From an uncultured Verrucomicrobiae bacterium (lineage in GTDB: Bacteria > Verrucomicrobiota > Verrucomicrobiia > Limisphaerales > JAFGQR01): a stretch of 64,000 nt of DNA. A program made the position numbers and the translations under genes. Positions 31,197 to 42,060 of the stretch are shown in pieces. The notes beneath the pieces are model-generated. The model saw nothing but the letters and a program-made list of their open reading frames with translations. It was not told the origin of the DNA and ran no database searches. Position 1 is the stretch's first letter. Every line of letters begins with the position of its first letter. The stretch covers positions 64,001 through 128,000 of the forward strand of contig CAWBHS010000081.1 of assembly GCA_963788655.1 (NCBI GenBank), given 5' to 3'.

Positions 31197-32393
31197 ATGA
31201 GCCTCCATCTGCGACGCGTGGTGATTATTGCAGGCGCGGCGTTCGTGGCCGTCCTGGGACTGATCCTCGTGCTGGGCGGCAACGGGTCGGAAATCACTCT
31301 GGCCGACGGCACGCGCCTCCGCCTGGTCGGCGTGAGCGTGGGCACGAATGAGTTTACGACGGAGCGTCCGTGGTCCCGTGCGGCCCGGCAGATCCTGCCA
31401 CGACGCTTTCAAGAACGGCTTCCACGATCCACCCATGGCGCCTGTTACTCGACGAATGGCATCGCCATCTGGCTGGAGGACTTGGCTCCCGGGTCCCGCA
31501 CTAACGTGGTCCGCAAGTGGGGCTCGGTAGAAACTGTCAGCCGCAACGGAGACGTGCTCACGAGCCAAGACGCTCCGGGACACTATAGCGGCGGCGGTCG
31601 ATGCCAGCCGGTCTTCCTGTCGAAGTTTCCCCGTCGGCAGAAAAGTTTCCTGCTCCGGCTCTACGACCAGAAAGGCCAACTAGCCGGCGAACTAACGGTG
31701 GTAAATCCGTGCCGGGGACCATTCCCCCAATGGAAGGCGGAGACGCCGCCCGTGACCAAGACGAACGGCGATCTGACGGCGACATTCAAAGGGTGGAAGC
31801 GGCTGCTTGAGGAGAGTCCGCCAGGGCGGACCAACCAGAACTTGAAGGCCGATTTTGAGTTCAAATGGGCCGGCGCCCCCACGACCGAATGGGAGCTCGG
31901 CCCGTGTCGGCTCGATGATGCCACGGGCAATTCCGTTGGCGGGCTGTGTCCGGAACTCCCGCTCAGCGAGCCGGTCTGGAGATTGCACGGCTGGTTCGAG
32001 CGGCGTCGTGAGGCGGTCTTCGCTCCAGACGAACATTTTGTCTTTACCAACCTGAACGTCTTGTCGGCCGGCTCCTTCACCAATCTCAACCTCGCCACGA
32101 ATCTTCAAGGCGTGGGCCTGTGGATTCTCTGGTGGTCTGGTCCGGCCACGCTCACGCTCAGCAACGGTTTCCCCGTGCGCGCCGAGCCGACGCAAGGCAC
32201 CAACGCCTACCGCCAGTTGTCGCTGAAATGGGCCAATGGAACTTGGCGAGAGGTCATCACCGTCGGACGGAGCACGCTGCTCATCGCACAGACGCCCGCT
32301 GGCCTGGACGTGCAAGTGGATTGTATGATGCGCGATTCGAACGGGCGCGCAACCGCCCCTTCCCCGGACGTGGAATCACCCCAGCTTTGTTGA
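31197..32393 (+). CDS. Hypothetical membrane-anchored/secreted protein
   Basis: 398-aa ORF, RBS-like gggag upstream, N-terminal TM (VVIIAGAAFVAVLGLILVL) then beta-rich body; no family recognised; C-terminus may be frameshifted. Confidence 0.65.
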   Translation: MSLHLRRVVIIAGAAFVAVLGLILVLGGNGSEITLADGTRLRLVGVSVGTNEFTTERPWSRAARQILPRRFQERLPRSTHGACYSTNGIAIWLEDLAPGSRTNVVRKWGSVETVSRNGDVLTSQDAPGHYSGGGRCQPVFLSKFPRRQKSFLLRLYDQKGQLAGELTVVNPCRGPFPQWKAETPPVTKTNGDLTATFKGWKRLLEESPPGRTNQNLKADFEFKWAGAPTTEWELGPCRLDDATGNSVGGLCPELPLSEPVWRLHGWFERRREAVFAPDEHFVFTNLNVLSAGSFTNLNLATNLQGVGLWILWWSGPATLTLSNGFPVRAEPTQGTNAYRQLSLKWANGTWREVITVGRSTLLIAQTPAGLDVQVDCMMRDSNGRATAPSPDVESPQLC

Positions 32394-32643
32394 TCCGGGT
32401 AAGGGCCAGCGACGGCAGTATTCGGTTCTTCAACCAGACGTTCCAGTTGGCGAGCAGAAACTGTCGGTGGAATTCCGTGTGCAACGACGGCGGCTGATCG
32501 AGTTTTGCCTCGCGCCACCGCGTGCCGCGGAATGGATTGGAAACCGGCGCCAGCCATAGCGGGAGCCGCGTCTCTCTTCCCCCAAAGAGAGGGTCATCCA
32601 TTAAAGGTTTCAACAGTAATCGCAACTCCAATCGCCTTTCTCC

Positions 32644-33140
32644 ATGGCCCGCAAGCTCCTACCAGCACGAACGCGCCATCTACCTTTTGATGAGCCGGGA
32701 GAGCGTGCGCGAGGCGATCCCCCATGAGGATCACGATCGAAAAGCGTTCATCCACCCGCCGAGCCAATGCTGTAAACGCAACCGCTGGCAGGTGCATACG
32801 CTGTGCCTAAAGTTGCGTATTGCGACAACAACTGGATCACGGCTTCCTGGCCGGGGGCTTCATCGGGGAACCGGTTGAGGCACTGCTGCCAGGCCTCCTG
32901 CACGGTGCAGTCCGGCCGCAAGCGCGCGACGAATTCGTAAGCCGCGGGCCGGAGCCGGAAGAACTGGTTGCTGAAGGGATTCTCCAGGACGATCCACCGT
33001 TCGCCCCGGTAATTCTGGCGCCGCACTGCACCGTTCGAACTGCGAAGAGTGCGCTCGGCGCAGATGCCGAAGGGGCACCGGGCGAAGGGGTGGTTGGCGA
33101 TGGGTAACCGGTCAACCATCTCCAACTTGGTGTGTGAGTA
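32644..33140 (+). mobile_element. Degenerate RAYT/IS200-like transposase interrupted by an antisense M50-gene fragment
   Basis: ATG 32644 MARKL, frameshift, then AIYLLMSRESVREAI.HEDHDRKAF...CC....WQVHTLCL (Y1 N-terminus, stops just before the HUH motif). AQMPKGHRAKGWLAMGNRSTISNL tail after 33027. Confidence 0.65.
32819..33026 (-). repeat. 208-bp direct copy of 29927-30134 (5' region of the M50 gene)
   Basis: Ungapped alignment at offset 2892; I count 10 mismatches, all at codon third positions. Confidence 0.95.
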
Positions 33141-33236
33141 AGCAAAATGGAAAAAGTTTGAACTGACACTTTCACGCTACTGGAAAAACAGCCTCCCGAA
33201 AAGCAAGCCGCGAAATTATGCGCCATTCCGAACCGG

Positions 33237-33818
33237 TTACTGTTTGGTCACCGGGCCGCTGGTCGGGCTGGCGCTCAATTGGCGCACGCCATCAAAGAAA
33301 TAAATCAAGCCGGAAATTCCGGTGAATGCCGTAGCGCCGGCCGACCAGATCAATAACCATGGATCGGGCCATCTCAGCAACGCCCACACCACGCAGACCA
33401 TTTGCAGGACGGTGGCGACTTTACCCACCAGCACGGGCCGCACCTTCACTTTGCCGCACGTGTAGTGAATGACGGTCATCCCAATGAGCAACATAACATC
33501 GCGGCTGAGAATCATCGCCACCAGCCACAAGGGCAGCCGGGGCAAATAGGGCGTGTGGTCGAAGCTCAACAGGATAACGCCGGACACGAGCAGGAGCTTG
33601 TCCGCCAACGGATCGAGAATGGCGCCGAGTTCGCTGCGCTGATTATACCGGCGCGCGATGAAGCCATCAATACCATCGCTCACGGACGCCAGGAAGAACG
33701 CCCCCAGCGCCAGCCAACGATGATACGCGATCCCTTCCTGCACATAATAGATCACCTGGGTGATGAAGAACGGCACGAAGAGAATGCGAAAGATCGTTAT
33801 CTTGTTGGCCGTGGTCAT
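33237..33818 (-). CDS. pgsA: CDP-alcohol phosphatidyltransferase (PgsA-like)
   Basis: MTTANKITIFRI, SDGIDGFIARRYNQRSELGAILDPLADK, GKVATVLQ. Confidence 0.8.
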   Translation of the reverse strand: MTTANKITIFRILFVPFFITQVIYYVQEGIAYHRWLALGAFFLASVSDGIDGFIARRYNQRSELGAILDPLADKLLLVSGVILLSFDHTPYLPRLPLWLVAMILSRDVMLLIGMTVIHYTCGKVKVRPVLVGKVATVLQMVCVVWALLRWPDPWLLIWSAGATAFTGISGLIYFFDGVRQLSASPTSGPVTKQ

Positions 33819-34035
33819 GCCTTCGGGTGGGAGTGTTGCGCGGGCGGGCGGCGGCGTCAATCTTTTCGCAATACGGTGTTGAACGGTTTTTTCCGACCTT
33901 GGTGGCGCGCTGTCGGCGCCAAGTAAGACAGTCATCTCGCCTGCCTCGAATTAGCCAATGAAGCTCATTCTTCCCGGGAACACCCGATAATCCATGGACA
34001 CCCTTGGGACCTTCGGGACAGCCGGGACGGCTATC

Positions 34036-35058
34036 CTACGTGGTGGCGACCAAGGGCGCGATTTGGGCGAGCGTGGCAGTGCCGGTGGTTCCCAATTGGT
34101 GGAGGACCACCGAAGCAGCGGCGTTGGCAAGCTCGAGCGCTTCGCCCAGCGTGGCACCCGCCGCGAAGGCTGCGGTGAGATTGGCCATGACGGCATCTCC
34201 GGCCCCGACGACATCAATGGCCCCGCGCACCGGCAAGGCGGGCATGTAGTCAACGGTCCCGTCCGGAGCGGCGCCCACGATGCCTTGTTCCGCCAGCGTC
34301 ACGATCACCTCCCGCCCGCGGCTTTGGGCCAGCGCGGCGCAGCGGTGTTTAATTTCCTCAAGACCCATCGGGTGCTTGTTTCCGGTCAACACGCCCAGTT
34401 CGGTGGTATTCATTTTGAAGGTCACCGGCGGATACGCGCGCAAGCTGCGCCGACTGTCGGCCACAATCGGCAGTTCCGGATCGTGCTTGGCCAGTTGGCG
34501 CACGGCCTCGAGAAGCTTGCCGCCGATCACGCCGGTTTCCGGCTTGTCCACCTGGTCGAGCAGGATGAGGGCGTCCACCTGCGCCGCCAGGAACTGCACC
34601 GAATCGATCAATTGGGTTTGCAGGGCCGACGGGGTAGGCGTCCAGTTCTTGCTGTCCAGGCGGTTCAATTCCTGGGGCGCTTTGCCCGGTTGGATCATCA
34701 GCGGCTTGCAATACGTGAACGTCCGGCGCTCGGGCGTCTGGACAAAGTGCTCCAGGTTGACGCCCGGTTTGGCTCCGAGCGCACGGATGAGCTCGAAGCC
34801 TTCGCCGTCTTCGCCCGCGAAGCCGACCGGACAAATCTCCCCGATGCCCAGGGCCACAAGGTTGTTCAAAACGGTGCCAGCCGCTCCGGGTTGACTGCGC
34901 ACCTTGACGACGTTGTGGACGGGCAATCCGGTTTCAAGCGACACCTCCTGCCGGGCCGGATCAATTTCCAGATAACGGTCCAGACAAAAGTCGCCCACGA
35001 CCGCGAGGCGCAGGCGGGAATATTTTTCACTGATGGATTGAAAGCGAGCCGCATTCAT
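34036..35058 (-). CDS. PfkB-family carbohydrate kinase, RfaE/HldA-like
   Basis: VVGDFCLDRY, GAAGTV, VTLAEQG, DVVGAGD, ANAAASVV. Confidence 0.85.
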   Translation of the reverse strand: MNAARFQSISEKYSRLRLAVVGDFCLDRYLEIDPARQEVSLETGLPVHNVVKVRSQPGAAGTVLNNLVALGIGEICPVGFAGEDGEGFELIRALGAKPGVNLEHFVQTPERRTFTYCKPLMIQPGKAPQELNRLDSKNWTPTPSALQTQLIDSVQFLAAQVDALILLDQVDKPETGVIGGKLLEAVRQLAKHDPELPIVADSRRSLRAYPPVTFKMNTTELGVLTGNKHPMGLEEIKHRCAALAQSRGREVIVTLAEQGIVGAAPDGTVDYMPALPVRGAIDVVGAGDAVMANLTAAFAAGATLGEALELANAAASVVLHQLGTTGTATLAQIAPLVATT

Positions 35059-35093
35059 CACGGCGGGCATTGCAGCGGATCAAGGGATTGTTT

Positions 35094-36224
35094 TCAAGGG
35101 CTGACTTGAGGGGAGCCCGCCATTAATTCGTGGAGCAATCGGTGGAGGAACACCACGTTGTCGCACTGAACGTAGTGCATGCCACCGCCCATACGGGAAT
35201 AACTTTTGCAGAACCGCAGGTAGTACGCCGGATTGTCTTTGGGCGGTTCGCCAGCGGTCCAATCCCAGCGACCGCCCGCCTGCAAGTCCACCACATAAAT
35301 GTCGTGGCCGCTGACAATTGGCCGCCCGGCCTGCAACCGCAGATTGTTCACGCAGCTCATACTCTTTTCGAATACTTGCGGTCCCATGATGGCGGAACCG
35401 ATGGACAGCACCACCCCGCCGTCCAGACCTTCGACCGCCCCGCAAAACGCGCGGAAGTCCACCGCCCCCGCCCGGCCGATGACCGCACCATTGAACAGCG
35501 GATGCACTGTGATGATGTCATAACCGATGCCCGGATGAACGGTCAAGGGCACGCCGTGCCGGGTTGCCTGCGCGAGCACGCTCGCGTTGCGCCAGCGATG
35601 GACGACGGTTTGCCGCCCCGGTTTCAGTTGATGGATGCGCAGGGCTTGCAACAAATCCGCGCGGGCCGGCGTTAGCGGGTGCGTGGGCTCCTGGCGCAAC
35701 TGGGCTTCCAACGATTCCGGCGTCGGCAAGGCAACGCCATCTTCATAGATGAACCGCCCCAGGGAGGCGCCATAGCCTTCGCCGCGCAACCCACCAGCGA
35801 GCAGGGCCAGGTGAATGTTGCGCCCGGTTTCGTCCCAGGCGCCGAAGTTCCCGGCCGCCACGTTCTCGCGCACGCTTTCGGTGGAGCGGCCGAGAAACGC
35901 AAATTCCCAGTCATGAATCGTGCCGGCGCCATTGGTCGCCAGGTGGGTGACCAGGCCGCGATCCATGAATTGATTCAACAGCAACTGACCACCGTTCTTG
36001 ATCAGGTGCGCGCCGTAAATCAGCATCACGCTGGCCTGACGTTGGCGGGCTTCACGAATCCGAGCGGCACATTGTTGAATGGTGCGCGCCACCGTCGTCT
36101 CGCATGGCGGCGGATCATCCGAGGGTTCAATCAGGATGTCCTCCAACCGGGCGAGACTGCGTCGGGATTCCAACGGATACACTTTCAGTCGAGTCAAATC
36201 CACCGGGTATTGGGATTGGGTCAT
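35094..36224 (-). CDS. Conserved hypothetical protein, possibly deoxyhypusine-synthase-like fold
   Basis: YGAHLIKNG, ATNGAGTIHDWE, HPGIGYDII..HP, GSAIMGPQVFEK; tightly packed between the HAD and kinase genes. Fold call is inference. Confidence 0.65.
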   Translation of the reverse strand: MTQSQYPVDLTRLKVYPLESRRSLARLEDILIEPSDDPPPCETTVARTIQQCAARIREARQRQASVMLIYGAHLIKNGGQLLLNQFMDRGLVTHLATNGAGTIHDWEFAFLGRSTESVRENVAAGNFGAWDETGRNIHLALLAGGLRGEGYGASLGRFIYEDGVALPTPESLEAQLRQEPTHPLTPARADLLQALRIHQLKPGRQTVVHRWRNASVLAQATRHGVPLTVHPGIGYDIITVHPLFNGAVIGRAGAVDFRAFCGAVEGLDGGVVLSIGSAIMGPQVFEKSMSCVNNLRLQAGRPIVSGHDIYVVDLQAGGRWDWTAGEPPKDNPAYYLRFCKSYSRMGGGMHYVQCDNVVFLHRLLHELMAGSPQVSP

Positions 36225-36244
36225 TGGTGAAACACTAAACCGAG

Positions 36245-37093
36245 TCAGTTACCCAAGATCAAATCCAGGAGCGCCGCGCCATCCCGGAAGTCGGGAATGA
36301 CCACGTCGGCGCCCACGCCGAGCAAGCGCCGGCGTTTCCATTCGTCGAACTTGCCGGAGCCGTTATGGGCTTCGTCGCTGGCCACCGCCACGGCTAGGCC
36401 ACCGGCTTCCTTGGTATTCTCGATTTCCACGTAGCCATCACCCACGGCCAGCAATTGTACTCCCGGAATCTGGTTCTCCCGGAGAATCCGTTCGATGACC
36501 ATCTTTTTCGAGAACACCTGGTAATTGTCCTGCGCCCCGTACAGGTGAGGTTCAAAGTAGCGCGCCACGTCCAGCCACTGGGCTTCCTGCCGGACAAACG
36601 TTTCATCCGTGCCGCTGGCCAGGTAAAGGGTCAGCCCCCGACGGCGTAAATTTTCCAGAAACGGTCGGGCTTGGTGGACTAACAAATCATCCGGCTGAAT
36701 GCTCCCCCGGCGCAGACCTTCGATCCGAGACTGAATGCGTTCGTCCAAGCGGCGCAGGTATTCCTTTTTGTACCACAGCGGTTCGCGGGGAATTCCGCCG
36801 CGGGCCTGGACACGTTCGGCAAATTGGATCATCTGGTAAATGGTCTGTTTACCGTTGAGCCGCATGATATCATCGGTCATCAACTGCCGGATTGCGGCGT
36901 CCGTCTCGCCCGGTTGGCGCGGCAACATTTCCATGAACATGGGCACCATGACTTCGGGCCAACCTTCCCGAATCAGGGACAAGGTGCCGTCGAAATCCAA
37001 CAACACGTGACTGATCTGTGGCCGGGGCGCAAACCCCGGCGCAAACTCGACCAACCCACGAAATGACGTGGCTGCTTGCATCTGGCGAAGCAT
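36245..37093 (-). CDS. HAD-family hydrolase (phosphatase)
   Basis: LLDFDGTLS, LASGTD, K..VI, AVGDGYVE motifs; start uncertain (37093 or 37081). Confidence 0.85.
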   Translation of the reverse strand: MLRQMQAATSFRGLVEFAPGFAPRPQISHVLLDFDGTLSLIREGWPEVMVPMFMEMLPRQPGETDAAIRQLMTDDIMRLNGKQTIYQMIQFAERVQARGGIPREPLWYKKEYLRRLDERIQSRIEGLRRGSIQPDDLLVHQARPFLENLRRRGLTLYLASGTDETFVRQEAQWLDVARYFEPHLYGAQDNYQVFSKKMVIERILRENQIPGVQLLAVGDGYVEIENTKEAGGLAVAVASDEAHNGSGKFDEWKRRRLLGVGADVVIPDFRDGAALLDLILGN

Positions 37094-37375
37094 TGAATCG
37101 GTTCGGGCGAAAATTGCAATGCAGGATACTGCGCGGCCGGCGGCAAACGCAACGCCGGTAGATAGCTGGACGTTGATGTTGCCCCTCACCCAGTCCCTGT
37201 CGCTTGGGGTCCTGGGGAGAGCGGGGTTGTTGGGCAGCTTGCATTTTGCCCGGACGAGGCGGCCAACTCGCTACCTGAGGTGGCGGGTGGCGCCGAGGTG
37301 AAATCGTTCGTTCGGAGTCGCCGCGCGGGATGGGGGGATGCGCATCGTGGCCCCTTGTGCGAACATTAAGGCGAC

Positions 37376-37985
37376 GTGTCATCGCAGACAACGAAGCAGA
37401 GAAAACCGGACGTCGCCAACCTGGAGCAATTGCTCGAACGGTTGGGGGAGGCGACCCGGCGCGACGAGCCCATAACGCTCAGGTTGATGGTGACGGTGGT
37501 GGGCCGGCGATCCTTCGGCCCGCTCTTGCTGGTGGCGGGCCTGATCGCCTTCTCGCCGCTGAGCGCGATACCCGGCGTGCCCACGATGGTGGCGCTGCTG
37601 GTGTTGCTGGTCGCGGGCCAGTTCCTGTTCCGGCGCCGTCATTTTTGGCTGCCGGCGTGGTTGCTCAACCGGTCGCTCCCGCGGCGCCGAGTCGAGCAGG
37701 GCTTGCGGTTCCTGCGCAAACCGGCGCGGTGGATCGACCGCTGGTTGCACCCGCGCCTCGAGGTATTGACCCACGAAGTCGGTGTCTATGTGATCGCGGT
37801 GTTGTGCGCGGTGATCGCCGCCTGCATGCCGGCGTTGGAATTAGTACCCTATGAGCGCCACTGCCGCCGGCGCGGCGCTGACGGCCTTTGGCCTCTCGCT
37901 CATTGCGCGGGATGGCCTCCTGGCGCTGATCGCCTTGACGCTAACCGGCACGACGGCCGCCTTGGTGGCTCACGCGTTGATCTGA
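37376..37985 (+). CDS. exoD: Exopolysaccharide synthesis protein ExoD, +1 frameshift near 37850
   Basis: GRRSFGPLLL, PLSAIPG, WLP.WL..R, PRL. The shifted frame gives the expected SATAAGAALTAFGLSLIARDGLL ending at TGA 37983-37985. Confidence 0.8.
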
Positions 37986-38074
37986 GCCGCGCGCGTGAAC
38001 TCCGTCAGCGGTCGGTTGATCCCCACCGCAAAGCCGTGAAGAACGAAAGACAGGCAACATGATGTTTCCAGGGA

Positions 38075-41000
38075 TCAATCGGCAAACAGATAGTGCAGGT
38101 CATCCAGCGTGAGGCTCTGGGCGAATTTCTCCTCGCCCAACACGTCTTCGGCCAGGGCCTTCTTCTGCTTTTGCAGCGCGCGGATTTTCTCTTCGATGCT
38201 GTCTTTGATGAGGAGGCGGTACGCAATCACCTTGTTCTCCTGGCCGATGCGATGGGTGCGGTCAATGGCTTGGTTTTCGACGGCCGGATTCCACCAGGGA
38301 TCGAACAACACGACGTAACTGGCGGCCGTCAGGTTCAGGCCGAAGCCGCCCGCTTTAAGCGAAATGAGAAAGACCGCCGGACCCTTCGCCGCCTGAAATT
38401 TCTGCACCAACTCGCCGCGGTTCTCGGTTTCGCCCGCGAGGTAAAACGTCGGCCAGCGCCGCCGCGCCATCGCTTGTTTCAACAACGCCAACATTTCGAC
38501 GAACTGGGAGAACACCAGCACCTTGTTGCCTTCGTCCATGAGTGGTTCGAGTTGCTCGAGCAGCGCGTTGAGCTTGGCACTTTCCGCCTTCGAACCGGAT
38601 TTGACCAAGGCCGGGTGACAGCAGATTTGCCGCAGCCGCAACAGCGAGGTGAGGAAATGAAACCGTTCCTTGGCCAGTTGTTTCTGGGTCGTCACTTTGA
38701 GAAGCATCTGCTGGGCGGCTTTCAATTCGGCGCGATAAAGCGTCTTTTGTTCGCCTTCGATTTCGCAAAACAAATCCTCCTCGATGCGGTCGGGCAAATC
38801 CTTGGCGACCTGCGTCTTGGTGCGCCGCAGCAGGAATGGGCGCACGCGCGCGGCGAGCCGCCGGCGGGCAAACGGATCGTCCTTGGCATCGAACAACCGC
38901 GCGAACTGACTCCGGCTGCTGAGCACTCCGGGCATCGCAAAGGCCATCAAACTCCACAGGTCCAACAGGCGGTTCTCGATGGGTGTGCCGGTGAGCACCA
39001 GTCGATGTTCCGCCCGCAGCGCCCGCGCCACCTGGGCGGTTTGTGAGTTGGGATTCTTGATGTACTGGCCTTCGTCGAGAATCACCACCTGCCATTGCAC
39101 GGGCACGAGGCTTTCGCCGGCGAGGCGCAGTTGACTGTAATTCAACACGTGCAAATCGGCTTCGCCCAACCGGCCCACCAACGTGTGCAGTTCGCTCGCC
39201 GGCCAAAGCTTGACGCGTAGCTCCGATGTGAACCGCGCCGCTTCCGCGTGCCAGTTGTCCATCACCGATTTGGGGCACACCACCAGGGACGGTTTCGGAG
39301 CAGGCACGGGATTGGCGCCGTCCGCGGCTTCGGCTTCCGTAGCCGGTTCGCGCAACCACAACAGCCAGGCCAGCGTTTGCAGCGTTTTACCCAAGCCCAT
39401 GTCGTCCGCCAGGATGCCGCCGAAATGGTTCGTGGCCAGGTAGGCGAGAAAATGAAATCCGTCCCGCTGGTACGGACGCAACTCCGCGGTGACCCCGGCC
39501 GGCATCGGGGGCGTCACGCGCGCTTTGATTTCATCGGCGCGGCGCTGGATGCGTTCGACCTGCGGTTCGGGCAGGAATTTTTTCGCTGCGTCATCCGCCA
39601 GTTGGAGGGCGTGCAACCGTTGCGGTTCAGCGGTCAACTCGTGCGGGATTGAGCCCCAGCCGCGCGAGCCGTTCGTCCTCCTCGCTGTCGAGGTTGAATT
39701 GCAACCGGCGCCAGCCTTTGTTTTCGAGCCGGACGTAACTGCCTTTGGCGTTGAGCAGTAGTTTGATTTCCGCCGGGGTGAGCGTGGTATCTTCCACGTC
39801 CAACACCACCTGCAAATCGAACCAGTCAATGGTCGTCTCCGTAACGTCGAGCCGCACCTTGCCCGCAACGGCATCCTCGGCCAGCGAGGCCAGGTCACCG
39901 GCCAATTGCACGTGAATGTGCGGAGGCAGCGACTTCAACCACGGCACAAACAGTTCCGGAAATTTCTTCTTCACCCGGAGCGACAGGGCGTCGGCGTAAT
40001 TGTCGTATTTCAATCCCAGCGGTTCAAGCAGCCGGGGCACTTCGTATTGGGTGGACCGGTCATACACCACAATGGTCCCGTCCGCTGTTTTCTTTCGAGG
40101 CGACCTCGGCGCGCGATAATTCGGGTCGAACCAATTCTGGCCATCCCAACTTTCTTTCAGCCGGCCATCGCCGGATTCGGCGGCGATGCGCACGACGCAT
40201 TGTTCGGTCTTACTGCCGGGATAAATGGGTTTGAGTTCGCACTGAATGGCCACCTCCATCGGTACGTGGCGCACCTGTTGGGCAATGCTCGGGGGCAACT
40301 CAATTTGCAGCGCCTGAAGAAACTCCACCCCCGACTGGGACTCGAGGGCGGGACCGGGAATCCGGTTTTCCTGATGGGGAGCCAACACGTTCCGGCAGAC
40401 GGCCGGCCCCGAAAAGATCGTATGGCGGCTGACGTAAAGCGGCGCATGACCGTCCAGCATGAACAGCAGCGGCGGTGCCGGCGTGTCGTCGGCCTTGACC
40501 AGACGGACCCGATAATCGCCGGAGCCGTCCTCGGTGGGCTCCAGCTTCCATCGCAGCGGCCCGGCGCGCAGCATCGGCTGGCCATCCTCGTTGACGACAC
40601 GATTTTCGAGCGCCTTCGTGTGCAGGACCCGGCCCAAAGTGCCCAATCCTTGGTAAGCCTGGTAAAAGATTTCCGGACCGCGGCCGTAATCGACTCGTTC
40701 CTCCCACATCTGCCACAACATCTCGGCTTCGGTGGTGAATTCGATCCGCCCATTCTCGTAGTCCCCGGCCAACTGTTTGAACTGTTTGGTCTTTAGCGTC
40801 TCAAACGCTTCCTGGCCGGGACGCAGCCATTGCAGCGCAGCGAACTGATCAAAGATGATGAGGCGCAAGTCGAACACGCCCCGGCTCGCCCCGGCTCCCG
40901 ACAGAAGCTGGTTGCCGAAGGTGGAAAAGGTTTGCTGCCACCGCATCACCTCCTGCTCCCGGCGCCATTCGGCGACTTGCTCCCGAAAGCCGTCCAGATC

Positions 41001-41666
41001 CGTCACCGGCTCGAGGAATTTCGGGATGCGCAAACCATGCTCCTGGGCCGCGTTGGCCACGCCGAGCCAGAACTGGTGTTCGTCTTTGGGGAATGACGGC
41101 CAGATGCTGATCGGGTCCCAACTATTGCCCGGCAACGGCAGCCCCAGATCGCTGAAATCCCAGCGGGTTATCCGTTGGGCCGCGCGACAGCGGTCATAGA
41201 CCTGTTTGAACTTGCGCAAAAACGTCGCTTCCTGCGGCTGCAAGTCCCGTCCGATTGCGGCGGTCAACAGAGAAACCAGTTGGCTCTCTGGCGGCGGTTT
41301 CGGTTGCCAGGGCGACCGAACCTTCTTCCGCTTGCTGGCCAACGTGGAGCTTAGTCCCCGCACCTCGGCCACACTGTTCTCCGCCAGCAGGGCTTTCATG
41401 GCCGCATAGACATGTTCGCAGTCGAATTCGGCCGGACAGGAACACTCGCCCATCCAACCCTCGAACTCGTCATAATACAGCGCGACTTGAAACGTCTCCT
41501 GCGCCTCGACCACCGCTTCGTATTCCCAGCCCGGCTCGATGGCGGTCCAGGAACCTACCCGGCTTTCGCGAAACAGGACTTCGCCCTTCCGGCGGGTTGG
41601 AGCATCGAATCGCTCCAAGTACTTCAGCGCGTTGTGGGGCGCATGCATCTCAAACGTCTCGTTCAT
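38075..41666 (-). CDS. SWIM zinc-finger + SNF2/SWI2 helicase, +1 frameshift near 39645
   Basis: CSCPAEFDCEH (SWIM), LRPYQ, LADDMGLGKT, LDEGQYIKN, LTGTPIEN, FSQF, LKAGGFGLNL, DPWWNP, QAIDRTHRIGQ. Deleting one base gives GLNPHEL and joins the ORFs. Confidence 0.88.
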
Positions 41667-41793
41667 TGTGAATCCTCACTGTAAACAGAAAATGCGCCGC
41701 GACAAGTGACGAATTGGGGGAGGGGCGAATTCGGATCCTGGCGTGCGACCGTCTCGGGCGGATCGACAGGCGTGGAACGGTTGGAGCCGGCGT

Positions 41794-41992
41794 TTCCCCT
41801 CACCCTGGCCCTCTCCCCCAGCAGAGGGAACAGCAGGCGGCCGCTACGAGACATTAGGAAGCACCAGTTCCAGTCTCCGCGCTTGGTCGATTCACCCCAG
41901 AGCCATACAGCGAATCCAACACTTCCAAGGTTTCAGACCAGCGGAGCGCAATTCTCCCTCTCCCCAAGGAAGAGGGCCGGGGTGAGGGGGAA
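41794..41992. repeat. REPIN-like inverted pair (CCCTCACCC..CCCTCTCCC family)
   Basis: ttcccctcaccctggccctctccccc ... ctctccccaaggaagagggccggggtgagggggaa; partial copies near 42038 and 32572. Confidence 0.75.
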
Positions 41993-42060
41993 CAGGATTC
42001 TCGAACCGCCAGGCCGCCATCGTTTCTCCGCGGCGCTTCCCTCACCCTGGCCCGCTCACG

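Noticed and set aside
29927..33026. Diversity-generating retroelement TR/VR pair
   Set aside because: Mismatches are third-position and not adenine-specific on either strand; no reverse transcriptase in the window.
32748..33125. 125-aa ORF as a standalone PqqD/RRE protein
   Set aside because: Chimeric: only the middle 69 codons are M50-derived, and the flanks are antisense transposase relic with no credible RBS.
39630..39660. Programmed frameshifting in the SNF2 gene (and the other split genes)
   Set aside because: No slippery heptamer or long homopolymer at the sites; the uniform +1 pattern fits sequencing error better.
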